Origin: Paraphysomonas bandaiensis
Lineage: Eukaryota; Protista; Chrysophyceae
NCBI GenBank assembly: GCA_965644295.1
Contig: CBFFRP010000077.1
Coordinates: 124,001-188,000, forward strand
DNA: 64,000 nt
Reading direction: 5' to 3'
Under the pieces are notes generated by a model. The model had not been told where the DNA came from. It did not search any database and saw only the letters and a list, made by a program, of their open reading frames with translations. The position numbers and the translations under genes are program-made. Shown piece after piece: positions 25,182 to 37,700 of this stretch (within the stretch, counting starts at the first letter, position 1; every line of letters starts with the position of its first letter).

Positions 25182-25820
25182 TAGAGGCCACAGATTCACC
25201 TATACCTTATAAGCACACTCAAAGTCGATACATCTAAGATACAAGATGGGGTAGCTGAATAATAGAAATGGAGAAATAGACGTTACATTCGTCCTTTCCT
25301 CTCACATTTCGAGAAGAGCTGATCAATAGTTTATAGTTTCTGTACGACTTTATTTTATCGAAGCAAGGTCTTCGTTCTGCGAGGTTGGTATTATTTCTCA
25401 ATTATTCCACAAGAGCTTCATACAGAAATCAGATTAAGCCTAAACTCATCTCGATGACGCTGCAAACCAATGACTGAGCACCCTTACTGAGTGTAATAGA
25501 GACAAACGCGTTGACTTGAATGAAGTAATTGCAACTGAGTCTACGTACTTAAATAGTGTGGAGAAAGATGACATAATGAAATTAGTGGCAAAGTTGATAT
25601 GATGACCAAGCCTGGTGAAACGGTCGAAGCCTACATGTTGATTTCTGTTGACTTTATGAAGCGTTTTGCAATAACTAATGTAGTAGATGTACTGAGAATA
25701 TGTTTTTAATGACATTTAATAATATTTATATTAGTTTCAGGTCAAAACTATTAGAATGCTATGGCTACATTATACATGATATATGCATACTATGGTGCTA
25801 TAATTACAAAGTTTTATTGA

Positions 25821-26348
25821 TTAATAAAAAACACTTACAAACTCAACTGAACTTCTAGCACGATTACGAGTAATAATAGATGCAGACTCAACTGCACAAG
25901 TGTCTACCCACTCCTTAGTAGGTTCCTCAATATAACTCCACCTCTGAATACAGTCTCTTTTACTGAGGGGGATGTAAGACTTCACCTGGTGGGTTACATT
26001 CAATGCTAGGTACATTACACAAACAAGCATACGAACACTTCTACCAGATGCAAGCGAGCAGTACTTGGGATGCACTGCCTTATCCTCTCTAGAGGCACCA
26101 CGTCTCTTCTTGTTTTTATAAACAAGATGATAGGTGCCATCATCACTGAGAGCATGGAGAGTACCACACATCCTAGTGGTTCATGGTAGCCCGCGTACAG
26201 AGCGGTGAATATCGTTCACTTGTGATCACCAAACTCTCCTTTACTATCGCTCAGAAAAACACGTGCTTCTAATCTTCATATGTTCAATGGGAGTAAGGCT
26301 TGCACCACTTTACTCACTACAGCCTGTTCTCTTATTGATATACGACAT
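25821..26348 (-). CDS. Small spliced gene, possibly a Tudor/Agenet-like domain protein
   Basis: Splicing GTAAAG..AAG and GTGAAC..TAG introns gives MSYINKRTGCSELEARVFLSDSKGEFGDHKMCGTLHALSDDGTYHLVYKN...; the xEAR...GT....DGTYxxxY pattern resembles Tudor-like domains. The model is hand-built. Confidence 0.5.
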
Positions 26349-26356
26349 AGTGCTGC

Positions 26357-26528
26357 ATGTATGTATGTATGTATGTATGTATGTATGTATGTATGTATGT
26401 ATGTATGTATGTATGTATGTATGTATGTATGTATGTATGTATGTATGTATGTATGTATGTATGTATGTATGTATGTATGTATGTATGTATGTATGTATGT
26501 ATGTATGTATGTATGTATGTATGTATGT
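26357..26528. repeat. Perfect tetranucleotide microsatellite (ATGT)43
   Basis: Uninterrupted ATGT units over 172 bp. Confidence 0.97.
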
Positions 26529-26702
26529 ACAGCAGTACAGTGTAGGTAGGTAGGTACAAATAGCTGTACGTCTGTACATCAGAGGAGTGGGTTGTCTATA
26601 GTACCACAACAACACACACACATTTCAACCCTCTCACTGTATGTCACCTCAAGAAAGACTCACACTCTCCACTCATCTTTATATCACTATTAAATTACTA
26701 TC

Positions 26703-27793
26703 ATGGAATCATTGTATCAACTCATGAAATGTCTTGATTTCCCTCAACTAGAAGGCTTTAACGTCCACAATCAACTGCATGTTATCGCTCTTGTTTGTTG
26801 GTTAGAAGATAGAAAAATACGGTAAAGAATTCAATGAGATTTTGTGTGTGTATGTGTTCATGTAGTGTATAATAGAGAACTAGAAATAGAAGAACGTGAA
26901 CCACTTCGCTGTAATACTGACAGCTGGTCACATGCAATGCAGAAGGTATGCATATATATATCCATGTATTCACAGTATAACGTATTGGTAAAGTATTTAG
27001 ATACTCTTGGCAGTCCATGTGAGTGGGATCAAAGTAATCCTCTTCCTAGTTTGGAGTGGCTATTGTCATATGCAATATCATTAGAATATGATGACATCGG
27101 TAAAGTATCTGACATACCGAATACATGTCTTTATGTGTGGTTTTCAGCTCAGGACTGCGCAGATATGGAGCCAGATTGCGAAGATATATCTACTGATGAT
27201 ACTAATAGTATTCTCACACAGCATATATCAGAGCTTGGGGAGATGGTAGGGCTTAGTCGACAGTCAGCTGAGGGTAACGCAGGTAGATAAGGCCCTGTAT
27301 ATCTGTAGGAGAAGTAGATAATTCAATCTCATACATCAGATTTTCTCCAACGCATTAGTCGGCACTCGCGATTTCTTCTTACACCTGGGAGCCTTGAAGC
27401 TATTTTGGATTGTGATAAAGAGACTCACGGAGGAAACGGCAATGAGTTAGAAGACTTCCCACTTGGCTTTGACACTGGAGGTGTGAAACCAGGCAACATA
27501 TCTTATGTGTAGCACCACGCTTTATTCATTATACATTGTGTATGGCATACTATCTAGTGCCCATCTCTTACCAGCTGCTTGCAGATGCAGTAGTGAATAA
27601 GCTTGCCGTTGTGCTCAAGATGCTTCATTTGACTGACTTTAGAGAGCTACAGTCAGATATTAACTCCCTTATCGTATTAGGACAGCAATATACTGCAGAC
27701 CCGTAAGTATTATATATTAGCTCGTTCATTTATGTTACTTGTTGAATTCTTTGTAGGAAAACTAATAGTACTCTCGGGAAAGTCGGAAAGTAG
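26703..27793 (+). CDS. RTRAF: RTRAF/C14orf166 (CGI-99; tRNA-ligase complex subunit) homologue, multi-exon; missed as a whole by the ORF track
   Basis: Spliced translation: MESLYQLMKCLDFP...LVCWLEDRKIR...WLLSYAISLEY.D...FPLGFDTG...AVVLKMLHLTDFRELQSDINSLIV..QQYTADPKTNSTLGKVGK*. These are the signature motifs of the family. Confidence 0.9.
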
Positions 27794-28704
27794 AAGTATC
27801 AAGTTGAGTGTATTTTTGTCGTATCAGTTGACTATCCGTAGTTACTGAGCAGTAGATACAGTGTCACGTGAATAATTTTACTGTAGAGAAGTGGCAAGAC
27901 GTATGTACTCGTAATCCATCTGGGGATATTTTCACAGCTTTGTTTTCTTTGTGAGAAGTTGACATTTCGACCCCAAAAGTAAGAGAGCTGAACACAACCG
28001 TTAATTAATTGAAATGGTGATAAATGTTTCTCAACATTCCTCGGATATCGCTGTATTCAATTCAACGACATTTTTTGTTTTCTTAATGTTAATCAGGGAA
28101 CACATATTTCTTCTTACATCAAAATACATATAGCTATACAACTTAAGATGAAGTGTTCAACAACATGAAGGAAAAGATACAACTTAAACTATCCCTTGTC
28201 TAAATTTAAAACTCGGGCTTTTTACCCTCGTTTCAAAATTTTGAGCGCGGGACGATATAGCCTCCTTATTGCCCGTGGTTGAATATAACTATATTTATAA
28301 TTTCTGGTGGTGGTGTAACCTATACGTTTGTTCCGTGAGTAAAGTGTATCACTGCTCGACAGATTAGTGCACTAGCATTTATCGTCAATATGTCAATATA
28401 CATGTTCGTGATCTACACATTTCAAATGCATTTGCTATGCTAAAACCGAGGATGATTTCTCATGAACTTGGAAATCCACTTAAGTGCTGGAGGAAAACTG
28501 TATTTAGTATACGAATTTCAATTGTGTATGTTAGAACCATGCTTTAACTAGTCAACAATTATTCTCTTACACGCTTCAAATATCCATCATGTGACGGCAT
28601 ATCTAATATCCTTACTCAGTATTTCAGTGTAGATACAAACCAAACTACTGCACAGCAGCAAACGACAGATTGGTAATAGTATAAATTCCACAAAACGAAC
28701 TATC

Positions 28705-31700
28705 TCAACGAATATTTTCCCAACCGATGGCATTTCGCATGACAAAATCAGCATCCATCAAAGTAGCATTCTTGATGGCATACTTCAGCTTATTCAGGCA
28801 TACCTATAAAACGTGAGCTATAGCAAGGTGTACAAACCCCAACATACCATTGTCGACGAGTACTTCGGTAAACTCAAACTAAAAAAACAAGTTTGAGCAA
28901 TCGGCAAATACTCATCAGGGTTGATTTCAGATTGAGGAGGTGGCCCAGTGAGCTTGAAATTCATCGGTAAATCTGCAGCAGATGATGGTAGACGGGCGCG
29001 CCCAGAACAAAAGTTTATAAATTGAGATAACTCTGCAGAGGACATCATCTGTAGCGCTTCCCAAAACTGAGCAATGTGCCTACCGAGTCATGTAAATTAG
29101 ATACATATACTTCCACTGCGTCAATTACAAACGTACCTGTCAGAGGCAGACACGCCTTCATATTCAGTCACCTTCTGTAACAATGAAATGTCCACTTCTG
29201 GTTCTCCACAAAAAAGTGATTCCAGCTCTGCTGACGAAAAAATAGAAAAAATTTCTGCAGGTAATACACATGACATCCCTTTATAAAGTTGTTGAAGTCC
29301 ATATTTATGGGAGACAAGTTTCAATTGGTGTATTAAACTACAAAGCTGCTGAATATATTCTGAATTCCTGCCGATCTCATCGGCAAACTCCAGGACACTG
29401 ACTAAACTGTGTGCCTTTGTTGGTGATACACCACAGGCCGCTAGAAGCTGTAAGAGCATGTCAGGTGCATCGCTAAGAGGGACTTCGCCGCTTGATATTG
29501 CATTGAGAGAGGTCACAACATGAAGGTCTGTTGCCCGCAAATCAGGTAACGTCAAAGGCTCGCCAGATAAGGGCTTCCAAATTAGCTTTGGTAATGAGAG
29601 TGACAGCAGTATGTCATGTCTACACGCTAACCCTATTAATTTACCTAGATGAGAGTAGAGGAACATTTTTTTATGGTCATTCACATATTGTGGATTGAGA
29701 ACAGTCTGATCCCTGTTTTCTCCTGTTCGAATTCGAGCGTTGGAGCAGGGAGTAAGAATTTCCAACAGACCATCTGCTTCCTCCCCAACCGCAGTCTCGA
29801 AGACTGCCCTGTATGGGCCGCCATGATCATCTACCCCTTCTCCAGTGAACTTGACATAAAAAGCTCTTGGTTGACCAGCATCTTGCATATGCACGAATGA
29901 GCGGCGTAACGAGATGTCATCCAACCGTCCGAGGGCAGAGTGAAGTTGACCAAAAAGTGATTTACTCAGCCTGTCATTAAATGATAGAGATTCCCTCATT
30001 TCGCGGGCAAAGTGAGCCTCCATGCGATTCAGAACGAATTCTGGAATTTCATCAGGTCGCTCGTATTCATCAGGTGGGGGACAAGTAAACACTGTAGTCT
30101 CCGTGACCGCAAGCTTCCAAAGGTAAAGCTTGGTACGTGTGAAAATAACATTTTTGATGTCTTCATACACACTTCCTGAGCGAGATATAAATGGGCGAAA
30201 TCGCTCGATTGGAAAATTCCGAGATATAGCACTGTCGAATTGAGTGTACAGCAAAGAACCAGCAGGACGACCAAAATCCAAGTACGGGAGTGCCAGTTGA
30301 GCTGCCTTGTTAACAACGCAGAGAGCTGCATACCTTGACTGTACCTCTGAGCAAGTTTTACTCGACAAGATTCCATTACGCTGTCGATACATTTCTAGAT
30401 CATTTGCTGATATGCGGAGAGGATCACTGTCATACTTGTCAACATATGTATTTACCAGACCAGTGAGAGCTACATCTTCATCAAAAGACCATGGCGATGT
30501 TGGTTGGCACAGACTTCCAGCAAAATCTTCAAAGGACATAGTGGGTAATTCGTTTTCATGTACATCATTATCGCTTACAACCACATTACAGTTCTCTTCG
30601 TCAACATTAAACCCGAGCGTTCCCATTCCAACTAAATCACAGAGCTGTTCAGCAGTCCAATACCATGCACCATTCTCCTCACTATCCAACACGTACCACA
30701 ACTCATCCACACGTGCCCCAACAATTTTTCCAGGTCCATAGGGTGTTCGTAGCCGCGTTCCCGCCTGAATATTCGGAAACATATCGGCTATCACTCTACT
30801 TGCTCTACGTACTGCATCACTGCGTGTGTCAATAGCCACATCGATACCAGGCCGAGATTTCACAATAACTAAATCATGTTGACGCCACCTTACATAGGCA
30901 TCATATATCTTTTGCACAAGAAATCTATTTAACTCTTTCGATATGTAAAAATCTCTCCACACAACGAGGAAGTTCTTGGCTTCCAAAACTCCGGCAAGAA
31001 TGGATGCGGGACCAATACCCCGTCTTGATGCCCATCGACATCGTCGAATAGACAGCTGATCTCCAGAATTTTTCAGCCCAAAACACGGGTACAGTGCAGG
31101 ATGAGGACTGCGGTGGTTTCTCCTCAAAAAGTGATAAGCGACACCCATATTTATAACGACCGTCTTCCCCACATTGAAATCCTCTCCGTCCTTGAAAAAT
31201 GATATAGTTCCATGATCCATGTCAAGCAATACTCCAACAGTGTCACCGGCACTGTAATAGCTTCCATATAAAGTTTCAGATCCAGAATTCTGGGTTGCGC
31301 GATAGTTAATGAAACCGTAGCCGCTCCAGTTGGAGGCATCCAATGGAGCTACTCCAATGAAAACACTGCCCCACTGCGCAGAATCTACTTGCACCTCCCA
31401 ATAGTGTACTCCTTTACTGAATCCTCGACTACCGAGAATCATTGGACGGCCACTCGAACGACCTTCACAACTGACCGATAGGAAATCAGAAGAAACTTTC
31501 ACGCCTGAATTGCATTGACTTTTGTTGAATAGAAAGAAAGTTTCTGCAGACGCAGTGATATTACCGGTAATATCACAGCACTTCGAGCAGCCAACATTCC
31601 GCATTAACCTTTGCTCATCCATAGCTCTGATTTCAGCCCGCTTCATTCGAATTTCGTGTCGTCTTTTTATTTCTTCAGAATGTAGAGAGTCTGTCGAATT

Positions 31701-34700
31701 ATCAGGATCTAATAGCTTCAAAATATGCGATTTCTCGCTTGCCCATCCGATATACTCTGGGGGAGAGCACACCCGCAATCTCATCGTCATACCTTGGGAA
31801 GACTCATGCAACTTTTTCTCAGTAACCTCTATAATTGTTCCTTTCGGGCATATGGCCACTCCAGCTGATTCCATATCAGCACTTTGACGTATTTTAGCTC
31901 CACCCTCGCGAACGACTTCATACTTCATCGGGAGGGGTGGATGGTGCTCCAAAATCTGTACTACATCCTCTTCAGAACCTCCACGAAGCCTGCCACTAAT
32001 CCACCCATCACATATCTGAAACCGTGGTATCCCTTCATGGGTTAATGCACGGGAGTAAGCTTCCACTATGTCTCCGCAAGCAAGTGACCTAATCGACCTG
32101 CTGTGATCAATATCTACTCCAGCTCGGACAGTGGCACCATGCTGATATATAATCTTCAGGACATACTGTGGCTTTCCTGGAACCTTAGAATCTGTCATGT
32201 CAGAAAATGGCCCCTCGCTATCACACAAAAACTCAGAATTTATATACTTATACAAATCTAACGCCGTAACACTGCCTTCTTGCTGTCGCATTCTCACAAC
32301 AGCACGATCCAATTCCTCTGCCCATTCATCAATCCATGGTGAAGCCTCGATAGAAGTCATTTCGCGACAACTGACACCATTGTCATATAAGTATGGCTTA
32401 ATTTCATAAGTTTTATCGGAACTATCATCAAGGACATCCGTTACCCATAATTGTACGCCGTGCTGACAATTATTTCGCCATTGTCCACACCAAAACCCTG
32501 TCGTAAAATGGTAACTTAATACAGCGCGACCGTTAGCACTGTTATCGACACATTGATAAACAAAAGTACGACGACCATGAAGGTCATTATCGTTGAACTT
32601 CAGCCTATTTATCTTCGATCTAGTTGTATCTCGACTAGAGGCATGAGACATCAAGCTTGCACCATCACCAGCAGAATTCAACAAAACAAAAGGAAGTAGT
32701 CCACAACTATTCCCCTCTATGTCATCTCCAACAGACATAAACTCATGGTTTAGCAAATCATAGAATTCATACATCAAAACCATATTTCTGTAAAATGCAA
32801 CTCGTCCTTGCAAGGTATCGACTTCCACTGATATTTTGTCATTTTTACGTATATTATCTACGGCGACTTCAGCATTTCCATGGTAAATTATCCCCTTGGA
32901 GGAGTACGACCAACACTCAGGGGCCGTGCATATGGCATTTAAACTCGGTTCACTTGATAAGACATTCAAGCGACCCACACCATACAGCACTGTTTCCGTT
33001 GTATTGCTCGCCACCCAATCGAGCCATACACTCTCATGGCTGCTGAATAAGCCTACTGTATTAGTTTCACACACTCCATTATCAGTTGCTTTGCGAGGGG
33101 TGTAGACGTCCTCCCAAGTAGCACCCGATGTCGTCCACGTTCCACTTTCGTCCTCTTTGGTTTCTGCAATATGATCCTCTGAATTATCATCGACCACACT
33201 GTTACTACGATGCATTTCCGAATCAGTCTTGTACTCAAGCCATGCAGCCTTCACCTCCTCTTCAGTTGCTTCCTGACTCAACACTGGGAATTCACACGGG
33301 AAACTCTCCTTACGTGCGTGGGGAAGCAGTTCTACCAAAACAATATGAGGCCTGGACACAGAGCCTTCACTAACAGTAACAGTTTCTACAGATCTTCCTT
33401 TCTCTCTTGTAAATGCAAGGGCTGGATTCAGTGACGACTCATCTATACGAACTTCACCTAATCTGATTGGAGGTGATAGTGAACCTAAAACAGAAACCTC
33501 GATATCCCCATGAAGCCTGCCATCATGGATTATACCCTTGAATCTCAGGTCTTTACACCATTCTAACTTTTCTGGAGCCCCAAGAATGACGCAATAAGGC
33601 TCTTTGAGCAAATAAAATTCCAGAGAGCCATCAGTAGTCAAGGAGCCCCGTATGAGGCATCTCACATCCAGCTCACACCACTCAATATATCCTTCGATTA
33701 CACCCTCCTGGCTTTCAACTTTCCGGTAGCATAAACATATAACCTGCCCATCGTTATCAACAATGCCGCGGAGATAATGGGGAATTTTGCAGCCGAATTT
33801 TATAACCCCAGTTAACTCATGAACACGATGACTTTCCCCGATGCCCTCACCAAATATTCCTTCTGACTCTTCCGTCTCCTTCAACATAAATTTCGGACAT
33901 ATAAATTTATCGGTGGCTGGAGCCATTACACTTCGCCAGACACAGTTCTTTAGGCGATAGCTACTCATTCCAACACTGTCCACGGTGTATGTTCCCTGTC
34001 CTTCAGAAAAACGTAGCAAAGAGACCAGACCACGACATTCACTGACGTTTGCAAACATATCACGCTTCAACTCCTCCGATGTACGGTTGGTGGACCAGAT
34101 CCGCAATTCAGCAATTTGGCCACAAAATGATTTTCCGAGTGAACAATGACCAAGGGCTGATTGGGGTAACACAAATCTTCCATTTACACTGCTTTGATAC
34201 TTCCCGTTAGCATAAAGGTGAACAGACTGGGATGATTTGTCACTTGCCAGAGCAATGTGAACCCACTTATCAACCGGAACTACATAATCGAAAGCTTTAT
34301 CACTTTCGCCAAGTTGTCCGATAGAAAGACACAGAGCCTTCTCCATCACGGGATCGGTGTCTTGAAGAGGGTCCTCAACATCATCAAGAAGGCTACCACC
34401 AGATTGAATTTTTATATAAGAAGACGATGACGAAATCAAATATGACGGTTCAACAGAGAGCTTGGCTATTGTGCTCGTAGATACAGAAGAGTTACACCTA
34501 TGAATGTTTTCCTGGGGCATCTTCCGATATGAAGAATGTGTCACCTCTTCTACAGGAGACCTACCTTCTTCACATATCCTTCGGTCACGACTATTTGATT
34601 GGCATGTATCGAACAGATTCGAACTAGTACGACTACTATCCAAGGGCACTCGCCTCCCTCTACCTTGTCGGCTTTCTCCCACGCTACTTCGCATGGCCGC

Positions 34701-37700
34701 ACTGCGAGATAATACAGGAGCATCTCTCGAAGGAAATACCTCAGGGGGGGGAGTCATGGAAAATAAACCACTGGCAGAGGAGTGTTGCTCTTGGAAAAGA
34801 TCCGAGAAAGCAGGAGACTCTACTTCATCTCTAATACCAGCAACACCGGCAGAATTCGTCCACGTGTTTCCATCCGCATTATTACTCATCGCACGACCAC
34901 GTGATAGACTTGCAAAAGGCGATGGTCGTGAACCATATGCACCAGACGATGAACTTCCAAAAACAAAACCACCTCTGCTCTCGTTAGAGCTACTTTCATG
35001 TTTGAATCCTGAGGATACAGCACGCCGTGGACGAGATGAAACAACATCCTCTAGGTCCACATCATCATTCCCCGAATCTGACGTAGATTCCTCGTGGTTA
35101 GTACCCTCCATGAGAAAGTTCATGAAGCTTTTATCCGAACTATCGTTCTGTGGTCTGCATCCACGCGAAGTTTGGGGACGCAACTCAGCGAAACCTTCAG
35201 GCAACGACGGAACAGACGATGGGTTCAAGGTAGGGTCTGACTGTTGAAACGAGGACGGCACAGACGGTGGCCTCGGTGGCGGCTTCATTCTTCCAGGTCG
35301 ACATTTGTCCCTCCTTTTCATGTCTATATTTCCATCCAACTTGTCGGTGCCGGAAATAGCGATCGACTCATCGAAATTATTTACAACAACTCCATTAGCA
35401 CGTGAAACATAGAGCCAGACTTCCAGTGTCCATGAACTCTTAATTTCTTTGTAAGGTGATAATTGGATACTGCTCTTTGATGAAGGATCAAATTCAACGA
35501 CATTGCGAATTGCAGCAGTATCACTATCATGACCATCCAATGATCCTGCAATGTCTGATCCGTCGTTTTCGATTTTTAAATCGGATGACAAAGCCTCCAC
35601 AACTGACAGTAATTCTAGCGCAGCGCTCAAAAATCTCGAGTATGCTGGCTGATCCTCCATCTCGTGCCATAACCTACGAGCAGCCATTACATGTAATCGG
35701 CGCGACGGAACCAAAGATAAACACTGAGAAACAACATTCCGGTGCTCCTCTGATGTACAAAGCGATTGAGACGATACGCTGTCCAGTATTCGCGCTATTT
35801 CAACAAGAGCACAGTGCTTAAGAGACATACATGGTGATTTCAGCGCACAGCACCATGCTTCGAACACCGATAATGTCAACTTTGGTTCGTTCAATAGCGT
35901 AAGTATTTCGGAAACAAACTTTGCGTAATGAACATTTGGATGTTTGATACAATCTGAGTCAGCATCCTCTGTATAACTAGGGTCAGACCAACAATGCTCA
36001 GTGTAGTTGCTTCCACATGCTAGTCTAATTTGCTTCACCATTGACCCAAACAAACCTTCTCGTAGTAACAACCGAATGGATTCACAAAATTGAGACTCTC
36101 TATTCTCAACTTTGCCCAGAAAATTAAATAGCATTGTCCCTATTATACTTTCAATTGATAGAAACCCTTTCTGCATTCCGAGTGCTTCAATTTCGCTTAA
36201 AGCAAGACACTCGAGATTATGAGTGGAAGAATATGGTTCGCCTCGAAAAAGAACAAGTCGAAGAAATGAGAGAAGACATGATGAAACATACAACGCACTC
36301 TGCATTGACTCATCACTACTCTCTTGATCTCCACAAGGACTCAAACAAATCGCAATTACCTCACCCTTACAGGGTGTTGAGAAACAAATAGGCTTCTTCG
36401 TGCTGTCGCTTTCCTGTGCATGTGGGGTTGAAGACTTCTCCTCTGGAGGTAACGAAACGGAACTCCAATTAGAATTAACAACAGCAGCCAGAGAGGGTGG
36501 AATATGACTTGTAGAAGCATCACGTCGCCGCATGCCACGAAGTAACATGGCCAAAAAAGCTTGTCGACAATGCAGATTGGAAAGACTCGATGTCGTGGAC
36601 ATTATCTTGGCATCTATATACTGTATAGGTTGTGACAAGAGTTCCTTCATCACAGTAGGGGTACTCGAAAACTCCATTACTCGACACCTTCGGTTGTGCA
36701 TAATTCCGTCATCCGATTCACTTCCACAACTATGAACACAGTACTCTTGACCTTGTAAACTCCCAAAAAATCTATCATCTTTACGAAAAACATCACTACC
36801 ACCCCAGAGCTCCATATTATCTTCTATCTTGGTCAATAAGTCCCATTCAGAGTGAAAATTTTGAGGTACAGACTTATTACACGCGGAAGAACTGGCATCA
36901 TCGTTTTCAACATCGTCTTTATGGACATCACTACGTTTGCTTTGCACCTGAATAACCTTCAATTGGCCGATTCTTTTGCTAATCCACCCTTTCAATGGGT
37001 TAATCACATGCAAGCACAGAGTACCTTCTGCTGTAAACGTTTCCTCTGAGACAGTGAAGATTGTTCCGCTGTCCAGCATCCCGATGAGGGGTGACGTCGG
37101 GCTAACAGCCGCACGCACTGGCACGCCTCTCGCACTGACCACAGTCATCACGCAATCGAGTTTGTACTTTTTACTTGGAGGATCAACAAGTGGTTGAATT
37201 ATTTCAGAGACATCAGTAGGACCAGGAAGGACAACGCGCATATTGTCATCGCTCGTGACTATCCATGCAAACTGTCGATCGAACACGTTCTCCAAATCTT
37301 CACACTCATCACCATAGTCATCCTCACCAACATCGCATTCATCTTGATAGTCCGCATAATACACTTTCAGCCACAATGGGTATTTACTATCCTGGTAAGA
37401 GGAGCAATATATTTCATCGATCGCACTGATGTCATCACCAGGGTATAACACACCAATTTTTTCAGAAGACAAATCTGGTTGAGCATAAATCGGGTGCAAA
37501 ATAGCTCGATTGCCCAAATAATGATATTCTTTAGGTGATTTAATTGACGCCACTGTATTAGCCGCGCTCACTGCATTTTTCTCACCCATTGTCATCCCTA
37601 ATGAAAACTCGCCACTTTCTAAAACACCAGAAACATCCACAGGAAACGACTTTGTTTCCACAATTATACCATCATCTTCTGCGAGGCGTCCTCCAGCGGA

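Noticed and set aside
26263-26621. ORFs with MYVC/HTYI repeats
   Set aside because: They are translations of the stop-free (ATGT)n microsatellite, not proteins.
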